DNA from: Kudoa neothunni
Taxonomy: Eukaryota > Animalia > Cnidaria
DNA length: 64,000 bases
Assembly: GCA_964304625.1 (NCBI GenBank)
Contig: OZ199838.1
Coordinates: 11,743,608 to 11,807,607 of the forward strand
Direction of reading: 5' to 3'
The translations under genes were made by a program, and so were the position numbers. Numbering within the stretch: the stretch's first letter is position 1; each line of letters starts with the position of its first letter. Below are positions 1-12,700 of this stretch, in pieces. The notes below the pieces were generated by a model. It worked only from the letters and a program-made list of their open reading frames with translations. It had not been told where the DNA came from and searched no databases.

Positions 1-737
1 ATTCGTTTCCTTTCTTGAGAAAAACTCCATGTGCATATCATCTAATCATGAAACGAAATTTATTTTATTGAAGTGTTAAATTAATTGTAACGTTTTTATT
101 GATATTTTAATCATCTATAAAATATATTTCTTCCAAAATAAATATGTGCATATCGAATAAAATATCAAAGAAAGTTGAATTATATATTTTTATATGTTAA
201 TAAACACTGTACATAGGTTAGTATATTTCTTTCGCTAATATTTATGGATAACTCTGCGATTGAAATTTGATTCTTGTACTTTATCAATTCATACTTTAAC
301 GTAGATGAAATCTTAAATTCTTTAAACTTGATTTTTTGTGGTTTTTAATTATGTTCCATTTTTCAAATTAATTTTATCATGTGAGTGAATCTGAATTTTC
401 AATAATTTTAACATAAAATTTCAAAACTCCTGATTATTTTTCATGACCACACGCAAGCGTGTATTTTATATGCATTTTTTAAAGAAATTTTCATATCCTA
501 TCAACTCGTTGTAATTTAAATTAGAATTAAAATATAAGTTTATATATTTTAATTTAAGTGAATAATATTTACATGTATTATTCGCAGTTCTTTTTTTGTA
601 GAAAATTTAAATATGGTAATAATTAATTTTTTTAATACATATATGTTTCAATGACCAATCACATGCTATCATGATAAGAAAAAATTGTGTTATAGCTTTT
701 TATAAATTTGTTTTGAATTTTTTCTAAGCTCTCGACT

Positions 738-3700
738 CTAGTTTTTCTTTTTGAAAATCACGAATCCGATTGCACCTGCAATCATAAACTCCAATGACAG
801 CAACCACTATAATTCTAAAATAATTTTATTTCAAAAGTAAATAATTTTTCTATCCATACATGACAAGAGTTTTAGAACTAAATAATAGATTAAATAATTA
901 ATTTTTTAACAATTAAACAAACCTTGAGCTGCTCTTTGCACCTAATAATAACGATTAAAATATCACAAAGTAAATCGTGTTTTACCTTGTTCAATTACAG
1001 CCTCGCCATAAATCGAAGAATCCTTAGAGCTGTAAACAATCAAATGATAACTGTTACCATCTGCTATCCCGCTGATTGTAAATGATTTGCAAGTCGGGAG
1101 TGTTCTACATCCAGTATCATTTGACCTCATGCATCGTTTCACTATTGGCATCGATTTGACACTGGAATTGAGTAATTTCCATTTGCATTTTGACTTGTCA
1201 TCGAGACTAGAGGGAAGTGTATTTCAATATTGAATACCTCACCATCTCTTGTTATAGTTACAAATATTATTTTCTCCTTTTCTGTTGGGTTCCCTTTTGG
1301 AGCCGCTATATGATTATTTTAATATTTGTCTAAATATATTTTAGTTACTGGGTAATATAGTGATTTCTTTGGTAGAAGATTTTTTCACAGCTGTGACCAA
1401 CACTTTATATCCGTCCTTTGCATCATAATCATTGAATATAATCGAACTGCATAATGGAGGAGATGCACATGCGTTTGGATTTTGAGGAGCTGCTGTTGTT
1501 GTCGTTGTAGTAGTAGTAGTAGTAGATGCAGTTGTTACAGCTATATTTGTTTGAATTTCGCCAGTTCTTGCAATATTTGACCAAATAACTGTTGATTTAG
1601 GAGTAGAAATTTGGAAAGTGCTAGTTTCCTGTTGATTAGAGCTAGGTTCAGACACAACTGGTGTGTTTGGTGGAGTCTTAGGAGTTTCCGGGGCAGTTGA
1701 TGTTATCTCAGGTGCCTCACACGTATATACGTTATCGAACTTGTCATTATTCTTGACTTTGATTGTATAATGACAAATGGCTTCTGAACTTTTTTGGATA
1801 ACTGTGCATTCAACTCCAAACCTCTCTCAGTATATTTTTGTGAAATCGTCAATGTTGCCAAACCTATTTTTTAATTATGTATAATCATTTGAAAAATATA
1901 CTTGTGATGACATTTCCATAAACGTGCTCTTTATATTCTTTGTCAGCAACGACTTTAATATCATAGGAAGTGTTTGGTTCGAGATCAATGATGGTTATTG
2001 ATTCTCTACATCTTCCCCTACAAGGGTTCGTCTCGGTGCATTTAGCGACGTAAAATGTATTTTTTTCTGTAGGACTTATGTAGTATTCACAATTTGGCTC
2101 ATCTTTCTTATCAGCTTCACCTTTACCTCCAATAGCTGTTAACGTAGTTGTTGAATCTGTTTTAGTTGGGGCTGTTGTTTCGAAGATTTTATTTTCTTTA
2201 TTTTCTAAAATTTATGGTTTTAATCATGTTTTATTATTAATTATATACCAGTCCTTATATATATTTGTTCTTTAAAAGAGGTTGGGTCATCCAAAGCAGA
2301 TTCAATTTCGATAATATAAGGTTTCCCCACAGCAAGCTGTTCGATTACCACATTTGTACATTCTGTTTTGCAGTTGTTACCAGAACCTCTGGTATCACTA
2401 CTGCAAGTTGAAGTAGTAGATGCATCTGGTTTCATTTTATCTGCAGCATAATGTTTGACAGTGCAAGTATCAAACTTGGTAACTCCCTCGGTTGTAGGCT
2501 TAAAAAATGCTACGTTCAACGACACACCCTGTTCCGTATATGCAGACAGCAATCCTACTCCAGTCTCTGTTATTGCTATATAAATGAATCATAATGTTTT
2601 AATGTTTACTATATATATATACCAAATTTGTTCTGAGTGAACCCTTCTAAACCATTGGTAGCAGTTTTTGTAAGATCGTGAAGTCTAGTTTGAATTAAGA
2701 CTTTGTATATTGCTTTTGGTTCAGTTATGGTTAGTTCAATGTCCTTGCACGGTGCGTAACACATTCCCATCTGTATTACCACATTTAGATTCAAATGACT
2801 GGCTACTTCCTGCATTTTGTCCATTTTTAATACTGAACACGCATATTTCAGACGATAACATTGAACCTGTGAATTTAATTAACAACTTTTTAGTATCCGT
2901 CTTTTTTGTAACATAATATTGAGGTTCGTAAATAGCCATGTTTTTCTTCATGTATGTATTTGGCATATGGTAGAAGAAACTGGGATAATTCACACACCTC
3001 ATCTCATAATGAGGAATTAATAGATCGAATTCCAAAGCTTCAGCTGTGTTATCCACATCGCATGACGCTCCTTTTGTGCCAACACTGAAATTGGCATCCT
3101 TGTAATAGATGGGACAATCAACGTTAGTACATGTTTTTGCTGCAAGTTTTAATTTCTTATTATCATCAGATATAGTTACTTGAGGATTTACTATCAATGC
3201 TAAAATTTTAGGTCATTAATTAATTAGAATTATTATTTAATTACGTGTTGACAACCCAAACACTTTTCCTCTTTTTGTGTATTCTTCCCCTTTAAGATTA
3301 TCTTCACTGTCACCAACTTTTACGTGTATGTATTTTGTTCTTGGTGACAGTTTATCAAAAGGAACCTTATTATTTTCGTTTTTACATTCAATTATACATT
3401 CAGTAGTTTCACTGGTTCTACCCTCAAGGCAACTTGCGATATCTTCAAAAGCTGCTGCAGATGCTGAACTTGCAATGATTTTTGCTTCATTTGATATGAT
3501 TATGCGGCACTTTTTGCCAGCCGGATATTTCGTGCCATCAAGCTTATATTTAAATTGATTTTTTTTACTGGTTTCGTCGAAGACAATCTGGTATGTTAGC
3601 GTAGCCTCCGGCGCAGTTGCTGCCTGAGATGCTTGATTTCCTCTTACACATAGTAATTTGAGAAAAACTAATATAAATTAAATTAATTATAATGAAGTAT

Positions 3701-3784
3701 GTATATACTAAAAAGTAACACAACAATCGAGTCTTTAACATAATTAGTAGTATTACAGTAATCAATGGTTTGAATCGGATACAT
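738..3784 (-). CDS. Cys-rich fibronectin type III-like repeat type I membrane protein with Thr-rich insert (~890 aa, 10 exons); about 5 apparent frameshifts (assembly error or pseudogene)
   Basis: ATG 3784 MYPIQ...VVLLFIFLKLLCVRG (signal-like). GT-AG introns at 3668-3708, 3200-3244, 2576-2622, 2205-2248, 1864-1901, 1306-1348 (all phase 1), then 942-966, 878-922, 815-859. FN3 C-terminal-like motifs DLEPNTSYDIKVVA, QLAVGKPYIIEI, GIADGNSYHLIVY, KLSPRTKYIHV. TM segment LVIIIVVAVIGV.MIAGAIGFVIF then KKKN, stop 738-740. Confidence 0.7.
1492..1539 (-). repeat. Trinucleotide run encoding a poly-Thr mucin-like tract
   Basis: (gtt/gta)n on + strand translates to VTTASTTTTTTTTTTA on - strand. Confidence 0.85.
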
Positions 3785-5934
3785 GAATGTCATAATATGA
3801 TCAAAACTTTTCGGATGCCAGTGAAGTTGATTCGATCAAATTTTAATAGTTAATTAGATAATATTTATTTATTGATGAATTGATTACTAGGAGATTAATT
3901 ATTAACGAATAATTATATTATTCATATATTCGTTGTGGAAAAATTTTGTACATTACAAAATAAGTAATTAGTAAAATAAAAAAATTCTCCTAAAAATTTA
4001 ACATATAAAATAAAATGGATTTTGCAGAAATAACTTCGGCGGGAAACAAAAAATAGTATTTTTAACCTACATATAACGATGGTATAATTATAATTACCAA
4101 TGAAATGTTCATAAATAAACATTGAGTTAAAAAAATAATAAATTAGCATAATTATTTACATTCATGAATTACATTAGTTTGAAATTAATATGTGATTAGG
4201 TTGTTAAATGATAAATAGAAGGACTGTACGATGAGTCATATTTTAACAAATTACCGTTAGAAATCGACTATCATAAATAACTATATAGCATAATTTTCAT
4301 AAATAATATAGATTGTTAAAAAATTGTTCCATGACCTATTATCTCTTTTACATAACAAATTATTTTTAAAAAGTCAAAAGTATTAATATTTATTTATAAA
4401 ATTTCTTAATAATAGTATGGAACCAATACGCCAAGGAGTTGTGTAGCGCTATAACTCAAAATCCAGCTTTCCGCAAATTATTTTATTAAATGTTTAAAAA
4501 CTTTTTGTTTACAAAATTAATGCTCCTAAAAATCTCAAAATCGATATTTAAACTGTAAAATATACAACCTTATCTTACCAAACTTTTATACTTTTGACTT
4601 ATCATGATTTATGCTTATAGAGGATTAATCCCAAATGCATTTTTGTTCTAAACTCAATCATAATAATAGAAATCAGCTAATTTTCGATAAATATAATCTC
4701 GATCTGTTAATAATGTTTATAAATTAGTAAGTAAATAAATAATTCCGCTAAAAAATAAATGGAAAAATTTTGAGAGGCTAAGATTTCGAACACGAATTTT
4801 ATCATATAAGGCAGATTCTGATAAATTTTATAGCATTAAAAAAAGAACAAAAATGTAATAAAAAATCGTAGTCATATTATTTAAAAGACAGACCCAATTT
4901 AAGTGATATTGAACTTTTTCATACTTAATAACTACTAAAACAAAATATCGAATATTGTAATTCATAGTTGAGTCAAATACTTCAATAAAATATATTATTT
5001 ATTAGCCAAATTAACAGATACATTATATAAAATTCTACTATTTTTCTGCCCTATTTCTATAATTATTTCTAAATATTTATTATAGGTATTTGCGTCCTTA
5101 TTACTCAAGGAATAATAACTCCAATTAAAAATCGTTAGAAAATCATCTTCACATACGCACAGATTAATAAGATTTATATATCAATGTTTTGACAAAATAA
5201 TTCATTTTCATAATAGTTGTGGCTTATTAAAATTAGGATTTTGATAATTGAATGAATATTTTGAAAGAATTTGAATAGAGCTTTCCGCTTTCACTAAGCC
5301 TATAAATATTTCAAAGATTTGGAATATAAAATTATTACTATAGGAACTAAATCTGGTGGCGTTCTTACAATCGATCTTTAATGGATTTTAAGATAAAATT
5401 AGAGCTGAAATGGTGCATTTCAGTTGTGCTATTACTCAAACATTAATTTTATAAAACAAAAAAATTTCAATGGAAACTTGAAAATTACATTTTTTAATTA
5501 TAATGGATTAAATTTAAATCATATAAGGATTATTTAAGAAATTTTAGTTAGCCAATAAGTAAGATCGAAATTACGATTTTAATGAGCTGCGTAATTGCTA
5601 ATGGAGATACAAAGAATTATTCTTAAATCCTTAAAATATCTACATTATAGGAATATAGAAAATAAGTAGGCGTTTAAATATTATTCGAATTCATTCTAAA
5701 TTAATCTTACAATTAAACTTAGAGTAGAATTTAAAATATAGGAAACCCTCATGGTCATACTGACCAGGCCGCGGTTCGTTCATTCGAACTCCTTATTATT
5801 TTCCTAAAGATCGTACGTATATAATTTAAATAGAATAATAGATAAGAAAATTTTCCTTATCCAAATGTATTTTATGCAAGAAAAAAAATTCCCCACAAAA
5901 TAAAAAATGGTAAATATAATAAAAAAATAGTAAA

Positions 5935-6852
5935 TTATTCAAACTTATACATTTCGTTTATAGATTTGATAACACTACTAAACATGATTCCTCTGTTTTG
6001 CTGTCTGAAGCACCATTCATTTATGTACGGTGAGGTATCTTTACCTTTGGTGATAACATTCAGACACTTTCGTCTGAATTTCATCCACATCCTTTCAAAT
6101 CTTCTAGTGCCAACAGCAATAGAGGAAACAAATTCTTTATCGTGTGTAGCTGTATCTTGAACGTACCCCAGATTATTCAAGCCATTATATCCAAACCATT
6201 CCTCAGATTGAATCACGGAACCCACTCGAATATAGGTAGCAATCACTTTTTCAAATGTAGGACCATCTCGTTTTTTTACTTCAACTGCAAAGACGTTTTC
6301 GTCCTCATCAACACCTCCAATCAACCACAAAGACTGATTCTGGATAACTCTTCGTGGTCCAAACCTGCGTTTTAAAATACGGAGTTCGCCAATTCTGACT
6401 CTCTTTCCAGGACCTCCCAATTTGATGGGATGTTGAATATAATGGTCTACACATATATTTCGCATACATTTCTTCCAATACGCAATAGCTACTTTCGATC
6501 TTAAACCGCATTCCCGCATTAAAAATTGATGACTGACAACACCAGCACACCAAAAATAAATTATTTTTAAAATATTGGACAATGGTAAGTGGGAACGTTG
6601 AAAAAAAGTCCCCAATCTAAGAGGAAAATCCTTGAAACAACCCCTCCGATAACAACGGAAGCTGTAACCATCCACAGATTTTCCTCCAGGAAAAAGTTTA
6701 GTGATGTTACCACATGAGCATATTCTGATCGTAGGTAAGAGTTTCAGATTTTGTAAAAAGTTTATTAGATTTTGTTTATCTTGTAATAGAGGTAAAATAT
6801 CGAATAACAGCAATTCATCAACATTTGCTATGTCGTAAACTTCACGCGGCAT
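5935..6852 (-). CDS. Merlin / ISXO2 (IS1595-like) transposase-derived protein, intact 305 aa, catalytic residues altered
   Basis: N-terminal C-x-C...C-x4-C Zn ribbon, GTFFQRSHLPL, KLGGPGKRVRIGE, WLIGGVD, EVKKRD, GSVIQSEEWFGY, ERMW, YINEWCFR match the family motif order. No introns; no TIRs found. Confidence 0.85.
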   Translation of the reverse strand: MPREVYDIANVDELLLFDILPLLQDKQNLINFLQNLKLLPTIRICSCGNITKLFPGGKSVDGYSFRCYRRGCFKDFPLRLGTFFQRSHLPLSNILKIIYFWCAGVVSHQFLMRECGLRSKVAIAYWKKCMRNICVDHYIQHPIKLGGPGKRVRIGELRILKRRFGPRRVIQNQSLWLIGGVDEDENVFAVEVKKRDGPTFEKVIATYIRVGSVIQSEEWFGYNGLNNLGYVQDTATHDKEFVSSIAVGTRRFERMWMKFRRKCLNVITKGKDTSPYINEWCFRQQNRGIMFSSVIKSINEMYKFE

Positions 6853-9712
6853 TTTTTAAGATATGTGAATGCGCAAAACGATCACATCCGACAAGTGACA
6901 GCAGAAATAACAACCAACTATCTTCGACTAAAATTGGATTGCTTTCCCTCTCAGACATAAACTTTTGTAAAATTTTACTTATCCATTGACCATGATTCTT
7001 AATTATTTAGTAACCAGATTGTTTAATCTTCCCTTTCTCATAGAATTAAGAGCTTTTTTGCATTGTATTGATTCAATTCGAATTTTAGATAAAAACAAAA
7101 TCTTACGTTCTATTCAAATTGTTTATTCATATTTATAACAAGATGCTGCAACGGCACGTATACTAAACCGGTGATGGTTGCCGATCGATCACCCAACAAT
7201 CTAAGGGGGTGACCTATAAATATGGAATGAAAATTATCCAACAAAATTTTTTAATTAGTCGATAAGAAAAAAAAGAATTATTCATCGGTTTTTAGATATG
7301 AAAGTAGCGATTATTATTTAATTAATTTAAAAAATATTTAAAATTAAAGATAAGTAGTAAATTTTTTGATACACCGTGAATTAAATAGAAAACACTTATC
7401 ACCGAACACAGTCTTAAATATCCGGATTCTGTGATAGTTAATTAAAAATATTAAAGTAAATGAAATAACATTTTCTCCGTTCGCGACGAAATTAAGTCAT
7501 TTTAAATATATCCATTTGAAATTTAATAGGCAGATTTTTTCAATGAAAATATTTTAAGCCCTCGAATTTATAAATAGGCAATAAAAGATGCACAGGAACA
7601 CTTTTTGAACCTTTATATCACCAAGATAATTTAAACCATTCACTTTCCTTTCGTTCTTTCAACAGGCCCCATTAATAATTATGATCGCACATCTATCCTC
7701 TCGTAGACTGCTTGGCATTCGGTTCCAATGATTATTTAAATATTTTAATTGTGTACAAAATATTATGATTGTGTCATTTTAACTTTGTTGGAAAATATAA
7801 TTTCAACGTTAAAGGTCAGCTGTTTACCGGTTAAATAAAAAATCTTAGTTCGGGGTTTCCTTTATGCTTAAATATTGATTGGACGATTTAAATCCTTCCA
7901 TTTTTTGCAAAGTTACAATTTCGAAACTAAAATCAAAATACCACAACTTTCTGTTTTTTTATCTTTTCTCTTTATAACGCATATGAATTATATCCCATGT
8001 GAGTTATGAGTTTCATGATTCAAAAAAATAATAAACCATTTCAACGAGAAAATGATATATAATTAAACCCACCTAAATTACAAAAAAATCTTCTTTGTCT
8101 ATAAGACAGAGTTCCTGGTGCAGTTGTTGAGGTTGTGGAATCCTGACTGGGTCAGACCAGCCCCTAAACGTTGCGTTCACTGCAACGAATTAACATTTAC
8201 CTCTCACTTTATCTTTCTGCATTAGTGTAAGACTTACTCCTAATAAACACCCTTTTCACAGCAAAACCACCGCCAAAACATTTTCTCTCTAACTAAGAGG
8301 TTTCGATTCTTTAATGTATGGAATATATTATTACTTAACACATCCGCTACGATTGAAAGGTTTATATTCTGACCGCTTTGACAGGGTCAAACTATAACCG
8401 AGAGTAATTACACATAATAATGAGTGTGCACTCTAACCATAGTTTCTACCGACGAATAAGGATCAATAACTCAAAAAATTGGTCATACCAAGTTAGGGAT
8501 GAACTCACTACCTTAGGATTCCAATCGAATTGCCATACATGCGGGGCATCTGTCCACCTTAATTATATACAGTTAAGTTAACAAATAACGCAAAAAATCA
8601 GCAGATAACCCAATATAAACATCACAGGATGCGAGTATTCCTATAATATTTTCGGTATATATCTGATATACTGCATAGAATAGATTTTCACCTTTAAAAC
8701 ATGAACCCAGAATCTTTACAACTTTAATATCAATATGGTCAATTTTTAATATGAAAATTTCAAAATTCATTTTTTAATTGCTAATTAGAAGGCTTCTAAT
8801 AAAAAATAACTGCAGATTTTATGATATATATATATTTTGTCAAAATCATTAAAGTTAGAACAAAATTCTTTATTAAACTACAAATATATTGATTTGTATA
8901 TAAATAATTGTAACTGATAAATTTTTTAAGTCGCCACCTAAAAAAGACTGGCGCACCTCCTTAAATCAAGTAACTCACATTTTCCACCGGATACTTTGGA
9001 AAAAACAGAAAACATGAGGTTTCCCAATGTAAATGCAGCTTTAAATTGAGTGTAAATTTATCATTAATTGCCAAAAATACCCGCCACTCTTAAAATGAGT
9101 TATATGACTTGAGGTTTATTTCACTGCCTCCAAGGGTTAATTATACTAAATATAACGAAGACAATAATATTATTCACACCAGAATTATTAAATGGCAATA
9201 TTTTTATCGAAATTGACATAAGTAATTCATCAACAATATTTCAAGTGTTATTTTTAATATAATTATTTCTTTTTTTAATAGACGAATATTATTGTAACCC
9301 TACAGTTTTAATCTAAATTTCTCATACTCATGTCTATTTGCCATCTAAAGTTCCCATAACATCAGTCGTTACAGATACAATAATTTCTCCAAATAAAACT
9401 ATAGTTAATTACTTCGAATCCATTATTACGTCCAAAGTAACCACATAATAAACAGAATCAAAACTTTCCACAAAATATTATATTTAGATTGTACAATACA
9501 AAACATCTTAAATAAAATTAACTTTGTTAAACATTTTTATATCTGTACAAATACAACAAATACGTTGATTAAAGAATTAGTAGCCTAGTAACAACAAGTG
9601 AAAGGTTTACTCAAAAAATTTTAATTTTATGAAAAAGGCAATTCCCTATGGATAGATGATAGATATCTTTGATATAGGTAAATTTAAGATATCACTACAA
9701 CATATTGTCAAT

Positions 9713-12700
9713 TCAAATGAGGTTTTTGTTGAAAAAACTAATATCTTTAATTTTGCTAAGATTTGGTACGGATATCAAGGGAGTCAAACCTATCAGCACA
9801 AGAACAATTAGATTGACAGTGAACAATTTAATTTATTACTTTCTACAAACGTATCAATATCATAGTTGGTGGAAGAATGATTAAGGTCGTTGGCGATAGT
9901 TTTAAAATGAGGCCTATGAGGTTCAGGAATATATTGATCTTTGCGCACAGGACCTAGACAGAGTTGTGTGGTCCAGATGTTGGCAAATTTGAACACGAGT
10001 AAATCTCTCCATTCAACAAGTGAAGATTGTAGCGATTTTGCCAAATCAATGACTCCGTATGTGACCATAAGAGGTAAGAGTGTGCAACATTCATCTAAAC
10101 CAGATTAATTCCATAATAATTCAACTGCAACCAAATTGTTACTACCTTTAAAACGTATGTAATCGTTGTAGAGATTTGCAAGTGATTCCATAACGGCAAA
10201 TTGTTCGTACACACTTCCACTTCGTGTGACGAAGTATTTTTTGGTGAGTTTTTTTCGATTTTTAGTTATTGTTCGTTGTGTGGAGGTGGTAGAGGTAGAA
10301 CGATTGGAACTGCTTCCACTTTTTTGGGAGTGCTTGGAGATGGAACTGGCCGAGGAGGAACAATCTAAGCTCTGCAGGTCATCATCATTCATTTCAGGCA
10401 CTAAACAAACAACCATATTAGTAATTATATCTTTCTTTAATAAATGCATAAAGCATTATGCAAAGATTTCCACAACAACAAGCAAATACACGAAGACATC
10501 AATTCAGCAATATTAGCTCGATAGTCAACAAGTTGGGTGTATAGATGTTTGAAAAGTTCAACCTTATTTTCTACAAAAGTGCTCAACGTTTCACATCCTA
10601 AAATGTGTAAGAATCACAACACAGAAAGAATTAAGACGTATACTTTGTTGGGCAGCCAATCTAATAGTATCATCAACGTCGCTGGTATCATAAGGGTGGA
10701 CTTTATAACTCTATCGACACAATAATTATACGAACGTTTCAGCATAACGTGCATACCAAATAAACTACACTATCCCAAATGTGATAATCAAGTGCCATTT
10801 TGAAAGCTTTATCGCCATCCTAGAAACAAATGCAATCAAAGCACATAAACAATCGGAAATGTACACCCATGTGAACATCCACAAATTCGACAGCATCATT
10901 AAAATTAGAGCTATATATGAGTTTGTCGAGTAGGCTGTATTGATATTTGGTTAGCTGTTGTTTGTTAATTGTAGCAGCGGTGTCACCAACTGCAATCTTA
11001 TTCAAAAACCCGACACAATTTTTGTAATGGAAGTGTTGGAATTTTTTAATTTTAAGGCAACACTCCAAGGCACGGTCATACAAACCCAATCGTTGGTACA
11101 CCATCGAAGCATCTTCGCAGGCTTTTTTTTCATTGCACAGAAATTCGGCATACATTCTAGATATAGTCTGATAATTGGGCGAGTGAGGGTGTAGGTTGTT
11201 GATAGCCAACTTGTATTTTTTGTGTTTAACAACAAAAGCCAAGCACTCATCAAATTGATCTTCGCCTAATCAACCATCAAATTCTATTACCACATTGTAC
11301 AGCTATACATTTTAATAAGTGAAGCAACGCCTTGTCAAATCGTTCCAAGTAGCAATCAATAAGATAACGCATATAGTTTAGATTGGAGTCAGCATGCTGA
11401 CGTAAATCACTAACAAACGGAAGGTATTCCTGAGGATCTTTATTCACGACCTCAGCCACTTTCACCATCAGCTCCAAATCATACGATCCCAGCGCTTGTT
11501 GGTAAAACAGTGTATCATCTTGTAGATGTTGTTTGATGAACTCTAACGAATTGATCAATAGTTTGTCAGTATTACCAACCTGATCCTTATTCGAAAGTAA
11601 CGTATCTCGTATACAGAATAGCGCCTTCTCGTACCCTACTTTCCTACTTTCTTTCACATAGGTCAGTAGCAACGAGTTAAAATAGTCACTATCAAACCGT
11701 TGCCCTAGTAACGTTTCTAAGCAACTTCTAAATGCCTTCATAATCAGCCCTACCTTTTCATCAGGATTCCACTGAGGGACTCTAACTTTGTCACCATAGA
11801 AATCTTTATAAATTGTCTCAGTGGTGTCAGTTGATGAAATCTCATTAAGAATAGAATTCAAAAGTGTAGGATTGGCTAACCGTTCCACAAACACGTCAAT
11901 CGATTTGAGCAACAACAATGGATCATGGTCGAATATTATATTGAAATCAAGACGATGTTTTCTTGCAAGATGAACAGCCTCGTAGTAGGATAGATTGCAC
12001 AACAACTTCTTCAGCTTGGAAATTACTAACGGACGTGGATATATCAATTCGATATTTCCACGAGGTATCTGTAGGATAAGCGAAGCATCCACCTCAGATG
12101 AACATAAAATTTTCGCGCCAGTTTCCACCACTCTATTATAGCTACTGGCAGAATCTGTAATTTTGGCGAGACATGAATCTAACAATTCTTTACCACGGTT
12201 TTCGAACATCAACTCCAAGGGAATACAATGCAGATGTTCCATTTTGGTTATTGCGAATAAGAATTCATGTGACACATAGAAACTGGAGCAAAATTGAAAT
12301 ATACGTTGGTTCTCGTTTAAATATAAATTATTATACACATCTGTGTAAATTAGAATAGTATTAGTAGTAACCGGGGTGGGGGAGGAGAGCGAATCGTTAT
12401 CAACCAAAATAACGGCATCGTTTATTTGATAGCACACGTTGTAAAGGTAGGTAACAACGATTTTACAGGAATTCGAATCGAAATCAATTCGAAACAACGA
12501 ATTGTCCTCACATTCTCCAAAGATGAATGGAATAGATGAGGAGTTCTGCCATTGTTTTGGCTGAATAAATCGAATTATTCTGTATTTCTTCAAATCGAAA
12601 CTCGTATCATCACCATTAAAATGATTAATATTTTGTTTATTATCAGTTGATGCCATCATTGTCTCAACTGCCGATATATCACAATGAAATTTGTCGTTTC

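Noticed and set aside
1330-1348. Apparent 19-nt intron in the surface protein gene
   Set aside because: It leads to an immediate TAA; the acceptor at 1306 (43-nt intron) keeps the frame.
2771-2782. 9- or 12-nt GT..AG micro-intron to explain the frameshift near 2767
   Set aside because: Both lengths are multiples of 3 and cannot change the frame.
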